The notes beneath the pieces were generated by a model, which did no database searches, had not been told where the DNA came from, and worked only from the letters and a program-made list of their open reading frames with translations. Of a DNA stretch of 64,000 nt, positions 51,830 through 62,136 are shown in pieces; position 1 is the stretch's first letter, and the number at the start of each line of letters is the position of its first letter. The stretch is from Acidobacteriota bacterium. GTDB lineage: Bacteria > Acidobacteriota > Aminicenantia > JBFLYD01. Location: positions 10,560-74,559 of the forward strand of contig JBFLYD010000069.1 of the NCBI GenBank assembly GCA_040756905.1. Reading direction: 5' to 3'. Position numbers and translations under genes: made by a program.

Positions 51830-51924
51830 TCTAAGTCTTAAAAGCTAAATATAAACTCATACATAATAACCCTTCAGTATCGTATTTTGTTTCATTATAT
51901 AAACCTAAGTCTTAAAAACTAAAT
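51830..51924. repeat. Two copies of a 21-bp direct repeat (CTAAGTCTTAAAAnCTAAATA), the second overlapping the 3-prime end of the ArnE/F-like gene
   Basis: Copies at ~51830-51850 and ~51904-51924 are 20/21 identical. The upstream copy reverse-translates to YLAFKT-stop, mirroring the gene terminus VYLVFKT-stop. Confidence 0.5.
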
Positions 51925-52258
51925 ACACGCCCACCATAATGAAAAAAGTTCCAATCCATCTTAAGGTTGAAATATGCTCCCTGAAAAAAATTATCGATGC
52001 CAAAACCATAAGAACATATGTGAAGCTAACTATAAGGTTGGAATAACTTAACTCATATCTCGAAAGAATTATCAGCCATACCAGTACTCCTATGCCTGAA
52101 AGAAAAATCCCTGCTAATACGAAAGGTGAAGTCAGTGCTCTAATAAAAAAATTCAAATTAATCCCAATCCCGGCAAATTTATTCATCCCATTCTTTATCA
52201 ATACCTGTGAGAGAACCCAGATGATCATAGAAATGATAAACAAATGAATTCCCTTCAT
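51905..52258 (-). CDS. Small 4-TM EamA/SMR-like membrane protein, ArnE/ArnF-type polyprenyl-phosphate-sugar flippase subunit candidate
   Basis: 117 aa, four helices, similar in size and pattern to ArnE/ArnF. Confidence 0.5.
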   Translation of the reverse strand: MKGIHLFIISMIIWVLSQVLIKNGMNKFAGIGINLNFFIRALTSPFVLAGIFLSGIGVLVWLIILSRYELSYSNLIVSFTYVLMVLASIIFFREHISTLRWIGTFFIMVGVYLVFKT

Positions 52259-52626
52259 TCCCTTCTCTCCTTTTGTTGATTCTCTAATTCCATTTTTAAT
52301 AATCCCAATTCTTGAATAAGTTTTTTATTGGATTCTTTTAGCTCTGAAATCGCAACTGAAAAATGAATTAAAATTATCATAAGTCCCATTATTAAAATAA
52401 GAAATAAAGCTGCAGGAGGGTAGCCGATTCCTACAAAATAGGAGAACTTATCTAAAAGCTTCCTGAATAAAGATATAACTAGAAAGATTATTCCCATGCC
52501 GAGCCAGAGAATTGAGAATTCTTCTCTCAATCTTTTTCTTCGAATAAGTTCAAAAACAAAAATAATCAAGAAAATACTCCCAATTATAGCCAATATTTGA
52601 ATTCTAAAAATCTGAACATCTTCCAT
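52255..52626 (-). CDS. DUF2304-like small membrane protein (commonly paired with GtrB/ArnC-type GT2)
   Basis: 123 aa, three TM helices then a coiled-coil tail; overlaps both neighbours. Confidence 0.45.
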   Translation of the reverse strand: MEDVQIFRIQILAIIGSIFLIIFVFELIRRKRLREEFSILWLGMGIIFLVISLFRKLLDKFSYFVGIGYPPAALFLILIMGLMIILIHFSVAISELKESNKKLIQELGLLKMELENQQKERRE

Positions 52627-52638
52627 TGTTTTTCTCCT

Positions 52639-53337
52639 TTACTTTTCTTTTCTTAACATTAAAACAAAAATTGAAAGAAATACTTTTGTCATATAATAAA
52701 CTGCCCTAAAAAAACTAATAGATGATCTTCCCCCTATTCTTTCCTCCATTTCCACATGGACTTCTTTAATTTTAATTCCTTTTCTTTTCAAAATGTAAAT
52801 TGCCTCAGGTTCAGGATAATCATCCGGATAGTTTCTGCTCAAAATTTCTATCGCTTTTCTATTATATGCCCTGAATCCTGAAGTGCTATCTGTAATTTCT
52901 TCTCTGAGCAATATTTTATTTGTTAAATAAAATAATTTTATTCCTATCCTTCTTAATAAAGAGCTTCGAAATGTAACCTTTTCAATAAACCTCGACCCGA
53001 TAATAACATCAGCTTCATTTTTAAGAATTGGTTCAATGATTTTTTTTACTTCTGACGGTTTATGCTGACCATCGCCATCTACTTGAACGGTAATGTCATA
53101 ATTATTTCTTTCACTATAGATGAAACCAGTCTGGACAGCGCCTCCAATTCCTATATTAACTGGGAGGTCTATAACATTCACAAAATCAAATTTTCTTGTC
53201 AATTCAGAAGTCTTATCGGTTGAGCCATCATTTATGACGACTACATCGAAGTCTGGGCAGAACTCTTTTACAGACAATAAAACCTTTTCTATGTTTTTCT
53301 CTTCGTTGAATGCTGGGATTATAACAATCTTTTTCAC
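52639..53337 (-). CDS. GT2 polyprenyl-phosphate sugar synthase (ArnC/GtrB/DPM1-like)
   Basis: IIPAFNEEKNI..VVVINDGSTD..VQVDGDGQH, with single C-terminal TM. Confidence 0.75.
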   Translation of the reverse strand: MKKIVIIPAFNEEKNIEKVLLSVKEFCPDFDVVVINDGSTDKTSELTRKFDFVNVIDLPVNIGIGGAVQTGFIYSERNNYDITVQVDGDGQHKPSEVKKIIEPILKNEADVIIGSRFIEKVTFRSSLLRRIGIKLFYLTNKILLREEITDSTSGFRAYNRKAIEILSRNYPDDYPEPEAIYILKRKGIKIKEVHVEMEERIGGRSSISFFRAVYYMTKVFLSIFVLMLRKEK

Positions 53338-56108
53338 TGATTAAATAGAGTTCCTTTTAATTGCTGATTAAGATAACTTTTCATATAAAAAATATCTTTC
53401 CCCATTTCAAAGAAAAAAATCCTTAAATCAGGGAAAATTCTTATCTTATCAAGGATGATTTTATAATTTCCGTCAAGGATTATTCTAAATTTAACCCTTT
53501 CATTCATGTTATTTATTTTAAAATGAATCTTGATTTTTTTAAAATCGTTTTCTATTATCCCATCCTTTAAATCACCTTGGGAAATAATTTTTTCTTTTGA
53601 ATTCTCATTAGAGAGAACATAAACTCTACCTTTCCAGTCTTTATTTTGAGTTAAGTCTTTAAAGCTTAATTCAGCAATGTATTCCTGAGGATACAACTGA
53701 ATGGATGAGCTTTCAATTTCAGAATTTTCTCCATGCCATTCGGAATCACAGTAAAGTCCTTTTAAAAATGACAATTTTTCATCGTTCAGAATAATCTTTT
53801 TATCCATGTCAAAATCTTCCATCTGGAGGATAACTGAGTGGGAATCCAGAAAGAAATCAAAATCTACATCAAATAGTCTTTCAAATTTTCTTTTCCATTC
53901 TTCCTCTTTAAGAGAGCCACTTGTCAATGATAGATATGATCGGTCAAATAGTCTTAATTTTTTATTAATTTTATACAAAATTTGATTAGCATCTTTATAC
54001 ATGCCTTTTTTAAAATTAGATAAACTCAAATAGTAATATGCTTCGATATTTTCTGGGTTTTTTTCAAGTTCTCTCTGATAATATTCAATAGCTTTATCAT
54101 AATGCTCATTTTTATAGAATTCATACCCTATTTCCATCGGGTTCCATAATATTTTAACCAATACCTCTTTTTTCCCCTCAATAGAAGGAAATATAAATTT
54201 ATAGACATATTTTGTAAATGGAAACTTCAATTTAGGTGATATTTCCAGATATGCCATCCCCTTTCTGCCCAAGTCCACTCGGTGGGTAGAATAGCCATTC
54301 TTAAATTTTATTATTTCGTTCTGATTTTCTCCATAAAAAAATAAAACACATTTCCCTATTTCACTATTACTCTGAACATATCTTATGAGTTCTTCATCCT
54401 TTAGAAAAAATACATTATTGCATTTCCCATATATATCTGGGTTTGTAAAAATATAATCGATTTTTTTCCTATCAAAATCTACAGTTTTAGGCAAAAGTAT
54501 ATTGACTGGTTTTTTCCCAATTTTTCTTATTTTGTATAGTTTCACAGTCGGGTTTTTCATTTCAATTAGCTTCAATGAAAAATCTTTTATCAGTTCATAT
54601 TCCCGATTTAGTCCCCTGTAGAATCTAACCTCATTAGGATGATATTTTTCTGTTAGGTAAAATCTATACTTATAATTAATGCTGCTTACAATCAAAAAAT
54701 CGAAATTATTTCTGTAAAAAGAAAAGTCTCTAAACCCTAAAATAAAGAAGAAACCAAAATAGTGTTTATATCTTTTATCATCTGGCAAAGGAGAATACAT
54801 CTCAAAAGCAATTTTGCTATTTTCTGGCAGGCTTTTTTCTATCCAGTTATGAGCTAATTCAACTGTATCATATCGCTTAATATAATAAACAGCCTCAATA
54901 TCCCTGAACAGGGTCGGTATGAAAATTATCATCAGCGCTAATGTTAAAACTGAATTTCTGATGATTCTTTTATCGATATATTTTCTCAAAAAATCCCAAA
55001 TCAAAACAAATCCCAGAGATTGAATTAGTGCAAGAAATGGCAATAAAACAAATAAATCTCTCGGTCTTGATATTCCATAGGACCCTAATGCAATGAGAAT
55101 ATAAAGAATTGGAAATGAAAAAAGAAGAATTTCTTTTTTTCTGAGCTTAAATAATTTAATAAATCCAATTAAAATTAAAATGCTGAATGGAAGACCAATT
55201 GAATAGTTTATGTTAAGAATAGCTCTGAAATAATTATGCTGGATGATTTTCTCAATTAATGTATCGGGCTTAACAGGAGTCATCCACCAATCTGGTTTCG
55301 ATAGGACACCTATATAAAATATAAGTTTTTTAAGTGAATAGCCTGGCTCTATGAAGAAATACGGTGCGCCAATAAAAAACCCAAATATAGTAAAAAAAAT
55401 AGCTATGAATAATTTTTTATGGAATAAAGTTTTTATGATATTTTTCTCTTTTTCGATTGAATAAAGAATATGGGCAATTATTAATGCCACTAAAATCATT
55501 CCACCGTTATATTTTGAGGCTATTGCAAAACCAGCAAATATACCGCTGAAGATGTAATAAATTAACTTTCCCTCAAGATAAATGCCTACGCAGAATAAAA
55601 ATGTAATGATTGCAAATAAACCCATCTGATTATCCAGAACTGCTGAGTGACCGAGAATAATATGGTTAAATGATAGAGTCAAAAAAATTGCCGATAAAAT
55701 TCCTGCTTTTTGATTATAAAGTTTTTTCCCTACAAGATATGTAATATATATTGATATTGTTCCATAAAATCCAGATAAAATTCTTGCTATAGTTGATAGC
55801 TCATAGTAAGACCAGATTTTTGTAATTCCCTTTGGTATTGCACCGAGAATTGAAAAAATAAGACCTAAAGCTCTGAATATTATAGCAACTATGTATTGGT
55901 AAAAAACAGGATATGAATATGGATTTATAGGTCGAAATGAACCATAAATATGATGTCTTGCTTCATCCAGTATCTCCCAATCTTCCGGCCTCATGTAATA
56001 AGCTCCTGTTCCTGCAATTCTTATGTATAGTCCAAAAATCATAAGAATCAGAATAGTTAAAAAAAGCCAATATCTCTTTAAAGACAAGAATATGCTTTTA
56101 ATTTCCAT
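53334..56108 (-). CDS. GT-C fold (PMT_2/ArnT/TMTC-like) glycosyltransferase with C-terminal TPR domain (paralog 3 of 4)
   Basis: IASKYNG motif in multi-TM N-terminal half; C-terminal TPRs (EHYDKAIEYYQRELEKNPENIEAYYYLSLSNFKKGMYKDA). Confidence 0.65.
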   Translation of the reverse strand: MEIKSIFLSLKRYWLFLTILILMIFGLYIRIAGTGAYYMRPEDWEILDEARHHIYGSFRPINPYSYPVFYQYIVAIIFRALGLIFSILGAIPKGITKIWSYYELSTIARILSGFYGTISIYITYLVGKKLYNQKAGILSAIFLTLSFNHIILGHSAVLDNQMGLFAIITFLFCVGIYLEGKLIYYIFSGIFAGFAIASKYNGGMILVALIIAHILYSIEKEKNIIKTLFHKKLFIAIFFTIFGFFIGAPYFFIEPGYSLKKLIFYIGVLSKPDWWMTPVKPDTLIEKIIQHNYFRAILNINYSIGLPFSILILIGFIKLFKLRKKEILLFSFPILYILIALGSYGISRPRDLFVLLPFLALIQSLGFVLIWDFLRKYIDKRIIRNSVLTLALMIIFIPTLFRDIEAVYYIKRYDTVELAHNWIEKSLPENSKIAFEMYSPLPDDKRYKHYFGFFFILGFRDFSFYRNNFDFLIVSSINYKYRFYLTEKYHPNEVRFYRGLNREYELIKDFSLKLIEMKNPTVKLYKIRKIGKKPVNILLPKTVDFDRKKIDYIFTNPDIYGKCNNVFFLKDEELIRYVQSNSEIGKCVLFFYGENQNEIIKFKNGYSTHRVDLGRKGMAYLEISPKLKFPFTKYVYKFIFPSIEGKKEVLVKILWNPMEIGYEFYKNEHYDKAIEYYQRELEKNPENIEAYYYLSLSNFKKGMYKDANQILYKINKKLRLFDRSYLSLTSGSLKEEEWKRKFERLFDVDFDFFLDSHSVILQMEDFDMDKKIILNDEKLSFLKGLYCDSEWHGENSEIESSSIQLYPQEYIAELSFKDLTQNKDWKGRVYVLSNENSKEKIISQGDLKDGIIENDFKKIKIHFKINNMNERVKFRIILDGNYKIILDKIRIFPDLRIFFFEMGKDIFYMKSYLNQQLKGTLFNQ

Positions 56109-56116
56109 ATCTAATT

Positions 56117-58870
56117 TTACTGTAGCAATTTTTTGAAATTATCAAAAGTTTCAAATTCTGATTTTAAGCTTCTAATCAAGTCAGGAAAAAAAGAGAAACT
56201 TTTTACCTTTACTTTATCGGGCTCCAAAAAGCTCGCGAAAATTTCATATTCTCCATCTCTATCGATGTAAAAATCGAATGTGAAACTCAAATAGTAATCC
56301 TTCTTATTAATCAGTCCTTTATTAACTTCTAATCTTTTTATAACATTTTCATCTAAACATCTATATAATTCGATACGACTTAATAAATTTTTTCTGAATT
56401 GAAGAACCCCGCCATAAATAGCGGGGATTCTTCGACGGCAAGGTATTTTATCATTAATATTGCTCGCCTTACCTGCCCCTGAAGGGGCAGGGTTGCAGCC
56501 AGCATTCCGTTCAATGGGAATTGAAAACAAAATTTCTGATTTATAAAAGCCCTTAGGAAGGTAAATCTTTCCGGATGAATACCTAATTTTTGATGGGTCA
56601 AAATCTTTTATTTCCAATTTTTCTCTTTCAATCTCTTTTTTTAAAATATAATTATAAAAGCTCAGGTCAACACCAGTGGCTTTTTCATATTCATTTAGTA
56701 GCTTTTCTGTATCATTATTTTTGATTGTTGATAAATTATCGATATGAAATATATTATATTTCTTGCCAATTTTATCGAGTATCAATTCTTCTCTTTTAGC
56801 TTTGATTTTTTCTCCCAGATTAATATAACATTTGAACAGTAATAAATGAAACTCAAAGCTTTCCATGAAATTGACCTCTTTTTCTTTCAGGTATGTTATT
56901 GCCTCTCTGTACAACTTTTCATCATAAAACATCTTCCCTATTAGAAGCGGATTTAAACCCAATTTAACTATAATCCTGCCCTGACCTTTCGAATAGATTT
57001 TTAATGGTATAAGCATTTTTGCAGGGTCAATTTTTGTGGACAATTTTATAATTTTCCTTTCCGAAGGATTTAAATTTATGTTGATTCTCTCTCTTCTGGT
57101 CTCAATCTTGATTTCCTTTTTATCCTTGCCATTAATTAATATTACATATATTTCACTTGAATCAGATAATATATACCGAATATACGGTATGCTCTCTGAG
57201 GAAATACCAGTATAAAAATCCTTGTCATAAAAATTTTGCCCATAACAAATTCTATATTTGTTATCCATGTTAAAAGGGATCTTCTCTACCAGAGGAAAAA
57301 AAATGGGGTTTTTTCTTTCAAAGGAATGTTTTTTCTTTTTCCATATTTCAAAATGTTTATTTAAAGCGATTGTGCCAAAATCATCCAAAAAGCACCTCTT
57401 TATTGGATAAAACTCTTTAGAAATCTCTTTAAAATATTGAACTCCTTCTCTGTATCGAAGGTTTTCTGGATTTCTCCAGTAAAATGATGTTCTACAGAAA
57501 AACAAATAATCTGCTTTAATGCTTAGAAGAAAAGGAAGATCGGTTTCTACGAAAGGATCTCTCATCACTACCCTGTAATCCTCACTTTTGAATGAAGGGA
57601 CCAATAAATCGAGTGCTAAATTTGAGCCTTTTTGGATATTTTCATTTAGATAAACTGATGCTAACTCATAAGAGTCAGGAAACTCAGCTAACATCCTATC
57701 AGCAACAACTATTTTTTTTATCGATGGGAAAAGAATTAAGATACTTAAAAATAAAAGAATAATTTTATTTTCAAAGATTGGTCTGATTTTTTCTGGAAAT
57801 AATTTTTTCAGGTCTATGACAAAAAATTTGGAAGCTAAAATTAAAAGAGAGGGAAATGTAACCATAATATATCTCTCTGAATAATTGTGAGAAAATGATG
57901 TAATTACATAAAAAACCAGAGGAAATGAAAGGAGAAGAATCATCTCTTTCCAGTATTTTTTAAAAAATATCAGAGAAAAAAAGAAAAACAGGAAAACAAT
58001 CAATCCAATTCCTTCAATTTCATCTTTTATAAATCTAAAATAAACATCTTCAGGATGCCACCCCATCCATCCAGTAAAATAATATCTTGCCCCTGAAAAA
58101 GTCTCTATCATCCTTGGAAATTGAATCACACAGTATGGACAACCAAGGAAGAACCCTAAAATAGAGAAAAAAATTATTACAAATCCATATAAAATTGCTT
58201 TTTTCAAATAAACAAATAATTTTTCATCCTTTCTAAAATTTAGAAGAATTGCTGTCAATCCTATAATTAATACTGGAAAATGATACTTTGCTGAAACTGA
58301 AAAGCCTGCAAAAAAACCGAACAGTAAGGCATATAATAAATTAAACTTTTTATAAAATAAAAACCCAAACAGTAAAGCCACTTCAAGAACGAGAGTATTC
58401 AATATATCAGGAAATGCCCAGTGAGAATTGACAGTATGAAGGAATGAAAATGTCAAAAATAATGCTGCGAAAAAACCTACTTTTTTATTAAATATTCTTT
58501 TCCCTATAAAGTAAGTTAATGGAATTGATACAGTGCCATATATTGCTGTGGGTATTCGAGTGGTAATTAATAAAAATTTAAAATTGGATTTAAGTAATTC
58601 AATAAACTGATATGAATCCTTAACAAACCCAGATATCTTCATCAGAATAAAAATCAGATATTGAAATACAAATGCTAAATAATAATTAAGAGATGGATAA
58701 CCAAAATCAACAGGAATAAAATTTTCTTCCCAGAATTTTAAAGAATTGGCATAAGTATCCCATTCATTGGGAATTATCGTAATCCCATTTCCCCACGCTA
58801 TTCCCCATATCCTGAGAAGAAAACCAACCAATATTAATGAAAAAACCAACCAGAAAAACTTATTTTTCAT
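56117..58870 (-). CDS. GT-C fold (PMT_2/ArnT/TMTC-like) glycosyltransferase with C-terminal TPR-like domain (paralog 4 of 4)
   Basis: VSAKYHF motif, multi-TM N-terminal half, TPR-like C-terminal half; contains a GC-rich double-hairpin segment at ~56405-56495. Confidence 0.6.
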   Translation of the reverse strand: MKNKFFWLVFSLILVGFLLRIWGIAWGNGITIIPNEWDTYANSLKFWEENFIPVDFGYPSLNYYLAFVFQYLIFILMKISGFVKDSYQFIELLKSNFKFLLITTRIPTAIYGTVSIPLTYFIGKRIFNKKVGFFAALFLTFSFLHTVNSHWAFPDILNTLVLEVALLFGFLFYKKFNLLYALLFGFFAGFSVSAKYHFPVLIIGLTAILLNFRKDEKLFVYLKKAILYGFVIIFFSILGFFLGCPYCVIQFPRMIETFSGARYYFTGWMGWHPEDVYFRFIKDEIEGIGLIVFLFFFFSLIFFKKYWKEMILLLSFPLVFYVITSFSHNYSERYIMVTFPSLLILASKFFVIDLKKLFPEKIRPIFENKIILLFLSILILFPSIKKIVVADRMLAEFPDSYELASVYLNENIQKGSNLALDLLVPSFKSEDYRVVMRDPFVETDLPFLLSIKADYLFFCRTSFYWRNPENLRYREGVQYFKEISKEFYPIKRCFLDDFGTIALNKHFEIWKKKKHSFERKNPIFFPLVEKIPFNMDNKYRICYGQNFYDKDFYTGISSESIPYIRYILSDSSEIYVILINGKDKKEIKIETRRERININLNPSERKIIKLSTKIDPAKMLIPLKIYSKGQGRIIVKLGLNPLLIGKMFYDEKLYREAITYLKEKEVNFMESFEFHLLLFKCYINLGEKIKAKREELILDKIGKKYNIFHIDNLSTIKNNDTEKLLNEYEKATGVDLSFYNYILKKEIEREKLEIKDFDPSKIRYSSGKIYLPKGFYKSEILFSIPIERNAGCNPAPSGAGKASNINDKIPCRRRIPAIYGGVLQFRKNLLSRIELYRCLDENVIKRLEVNKGLINKKDYYLSFTFDFYIDRDGEYEIFASFLEPDKVKVKSFSFFPDLIRSLKSEFETFDNFKKLLQ

Positions 58871-58953
58871 GAATTCTCGAACGACTCAAATTATCAAATC
58901 TGTCTCCGTTTTTCAATACTGAAGCCTTGATTTTTAAAAACATGAAAAGTTTT

Positions 58954-59760
58954 CTATTCAATACCATTAACATTTCTACCTTTAGAAAAAATTGGTAAGG
59001 CAAGAATTATTATACTTATAATTCCTAACAGATATTCATAGAATTGGGAAATCAGATGAAGAGTAAAACCTGAGACTATAGCTAATTTCCTTTCAAACCC
59101 TAACAGGGAAAAAGTAAAAGTCCAGCCCGCTTCCCATGTTCCAAAACCTGCTATTCCATGAAGGAGTAAAAAAGCCAGTAAATCTGCTGAGGAAATTCCC
59201 ATAACAACTTTAAAAAAATTTAGATTAAAAAAAGAGTATCCTGAAAATTTAAGAATTGAATGGAGAAGAAAATAGAGGGAGGTATACTTGAAAAGCCTGA
59301 TCAGGGTGGAAACTATAAAAACTTTAGTATAGATTCCTTTTTTTTTAATTTTTTTTATATCTTCTATGATTAAATTCAATTTCTCATGAATTAACGAGAT
59401 GCTTTTTCTTGTATTCAGATTAAATCTTTTAGAAAAATAGGAAAACAATTTACTTAAAATTTCGAGTAGTTCGGACAGAAATATAATTATTGCGAGAATT
59501 AGAATCAAAAATATAAAAGAAAAAGACACAATCTGCAATTCAGAAATGAAAGGAACGGTAAAAAAAACTGACAATAACAAGAAGGGAAAAAGACTCGCTA
59601 AATCGAAAAAAAATGCCATAAGAAATGTAGAGGCTGCGATTTCAAATGGAAAATTAAACCTTACATTGATTAAATAAATATATGAAAGAGACCCGGTTCT
59701 TGCAGGAAGCAAATCGACAAAAAGATTCCTTATCAGGGTAACAAAAATAAGGCTTTTCAA
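58954..59760 (-). CDS. UPF0104/LPG-synthase-TM-like flippase-like membrane protein; N-terminus probably continues to ~59985 in another frame
   Basis: ORF as tracked begins at TTG. Upstream 59808-59985 encodes (N)KQKNYFYFVLSILVTIILVIYLISFIKIQDIIDAFKNIYLSTLFAYFFLSF in a different frame, a typical N-terminal TM region, joinable through A/T homopolymers at 59820-59835. Confidence 0.5.
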   Translation of the reverse strand: MKSLIFVTLIRNLFVDLLPARTGSLSYIYLINVRFNFPFEIAASTFLMAFFFDLASLFPFLLLSVFFTVPFISELQIVSFSFIFLILILAIIIFLSELLEILSKLFSYFSKRFNLNTRKSISLIHEKLNLIIEDIKKIKKKGIYTKVFIVSTLIRLFKYTSLYFLLHSILKFSGYSFFNLNFFKVVMGISSADLLAFLLLHGIAGFGTWEAGWTFTFSLLGFERKLAIVSGFTLHLISQFYEYLLGIISIIILALPIFSKGRNVNGIE

Positions 59761-60227
59761 ATTTATATATGGAGAATCAATCAGAATTTTATACCTGTAA
59801 GCTCTTACAACTGCTCCTGAAAAAGAAAGAAAAAAATAAGCAAAGAGGGTCGATAAATATATATTTTTAAAAGCATCGATTATGTCCTGAATTTTAATAA
59901 AAGAAATAAGATAAATAACAAGTATAATAGTTACAAGAATAGACAGAACAAAATAGAAATAATTTTTTTGCTTATTTCATGTTTATTTAATTTCATCCAA
60001 TTAATTTTTTTTAAAAACTAATTTAGTCAAATAATATCCTTAGATAAACTTTTATGCTATTTAATATTTTTAAAATCATAACAGACTGTATTTTTTTAAT
60101 AAATATCATTTTAATTAATCCTCAAATTTCCTATTATATCATGTAAATGAAAAATTCCTTATTGCCTTTTAATTAATATTTATTTTAAAATATATAAAAG
60201 AAAATTCATGGGATTAAAGAGATTTAA

Positions 60228-61217
60228 ATGACAAATGTTCAAATCCCTTATAAAAGTAAAGTTTTCTACATATTACTTTTGATTTTTTTATTTCTCATAA
60301 TAATCATCTTTACATTTGCGTTTAATTTATTTGCAAAAATTTCAGATATGTTAGCAAAGACTTCAAATTCTTCAGAAGAACCTTTTACTGATTCTCCAGA
60401 AGATATAATCAAGACTTTAAAAGGAAAAATTGTTTTTCAATCAAATCGAGATGGTGACTTTGAAATCTTCATAATGGATGTTGATGGGAAAAACTTAAAA
60501 CAGCTTACCCATAATAATGCTGAAGACCAATACCCACGATGGTCTCCTGATGGGAAGAGGATCGTCTTTCAATCAAACAGGGATGGAAATTTCCAAATTT
60601 ATATAATGAATGAGAAGGGAAGGGATATAAGGAGGATTACCCACAACTCCTTTAATTGCTATAATCCCGAATGGTTCCCTGATGGGAGAAGGATAGCCTT
60701 TGACACCTTGGACAACGGGGATAAGATATTTGTGGTAGATCTCCATACTGGAAATGAAATGATGCTGACAGATTTCTGGTTCAGGACAATTCTCCCTGCC
60801 ATCTCACCTGATGGAAAGAGCATGGCTTTCACTGCAAACAAACTCTTTGGATGGGGAATTTATCATATGGATTTATCTACAAAAGAAATTAAACTTCTCG
60901 ACGGAGAAGGAGGAGCATGCCGCCCTGACTATTCTCCTGATGGAGAAAAGATTGCATATGTCAGTGGAAAGGGAAAGGGTAAAGAAAACATATGGGTTAT
61001 GAACCTCAATGGCTCAAACAAGATGCAGATTACAAAAAGTAAGACTACCTTTGATTATGACCCTTCCTGGTCGCCGGATGGAAAATGGATTGCATATGCA
61101 TCCTCTCATGATAAACATAAGGGAAACTGGGAAATATTTATAATAAGAGCTGATGGAAAACATCCTCTTCGCCTTACAAACCATCCTTCTCATGATAAAT
61201 TTCCCGATTGGTATTAA
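60228..61217 (+). CDS. TolB-like PD40 (WD40-like) beta-propeller repeat protein
   Basis: Repeated FQSNRDGDFEIFIMDVDGKN / FQSNRDGNFQIYIMNEKG PD40 units; N-terminal TM. Confidence 0.7.
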   Translation: MTNVQIPYKSKVFYILLLIFLFLIIIIFTFAFNLFAKISDMLAKTSNSSEEPFTDSPEDIIKTLKGKIVFQSNRDGDFEIFIMDVDGKNLKQLTHNNAEDQYPRWSPDGKRIVFQSNRDGNFQIYIMNEKGRDIRRITHNSFNCYNPEWFPDGRRIAFDTLDNGDKIFVVDLHTGNEMMLTDFWFRTILPAISPDGKSMAFTANKLFGWGIYHMDLSTKEIKLLDGEGGACRPDYSPDGEKIAYVSGKGKGKENIWVMNLNGSNKMQITKSKTTFDYDPSWSPDGKWIAYASSHDKHKGNWEIFIIRADGKHPLRLTNHPSHDKFPDWY

Positions 61218-61331
61218 TTTCACCTTCGGGTTTAAGTTCTCATTATCCATTATTTTCAACTTTTGAAGGCTTATTTTTTGTAAATTTATGTAATATATTA
61301 TACATTAAGAAATCAACAATGGATCAGAAAG

Positions 61332-62120
61332 ATGAAATTTTATTCAGGCGAAAGGGATTATCCAGAGGATAAAAAAACAAATCCTCGTTTCCAGCGAGAG
61401 CTGTCAGCTTATTTATTCTGTGTGAATTATGTCGAAAATAAATTTGTATTAGATGCAGGATGCGGTGAAGGATTTGGAAGTTTTCATTTAGCACAAAAAT
61501 CAAAAAAAGTTATAGGTATTGATAATTCAAGAAAAACTATCGAGAAGGCAAAACAAACTTACAGAAAAGATAACTTAGAATTTATGATGATGGATGTGAC
61601 TCACATGGAATTTCCTGATGAATATTTCGATGTTGTGATTTCTTTAGCTGTTATAGAGCACATAGAAGATTATGAAACTTATTTAAAAGAGATAAAAAGA
61701 GTATTAAAAAAAGAAGGAACTGGGATAATTTCTTTTTTAAATAAATTGTATAAATTTCCATTGGAACCATATCATTACAGAGAATTTAATCTGGTTGAAA
61801 TTAATGAATTAATGGAAAGATATTTTTCTGATATAGAGATATTCGGTATATTTGGGACCTCGAAAAATTCGATTTCATACAGGAAGAAAAGGTTAAAAAT
61901 AATCGATTTAGTCTATAAATCAGGCTTTTTTAAGTTACTAAGACTCACTCCCAGGAAATTATCGATAATCATTTATGAAATACTACATTTTCTGTTCAGA
62001 GAATTCCTATTTTTGCTTAAATCAAGAGAAATAATGAAAATTTCAACAGAAGACTTTTTAATCTCAAAAGAGAATTTAGAAAATGCTATTAACTATATCG
62101 CTGTATTCAGAAAATTATAA
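61332..62120 (+). CDS. Class I SAM-dependent methyltransferase
   Basis: VLDAGCGEGFGS motif I; DVVISLAVIEHI motif. Confidence 0.65.
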   Translation: MKFYSGERDYPEDKKTNPRFQRELSAYLFCVNYVENKFVLDAGCGEGFGSFHLAQKSKKVIGIDNSRKTIEKAKQTYRKDNLEFMMMDVTHMEFPDEYFDVVISLAVIEHIEDYETYLKEIKRVLKKEGTGIISFLNKLYKFPLEPYHYREFNLVEINELMERYFSDIEIFGIFGTSKNSISYRKKRLKIIDLVYKSGFFKLLRLTPRKLSIIIYEILHFLFREFLFLLKSREIMKISTEDFLISKENLENAINYIAVFRKL

Positions 62121-62136
62121 ATTAGTATATAAGCAT

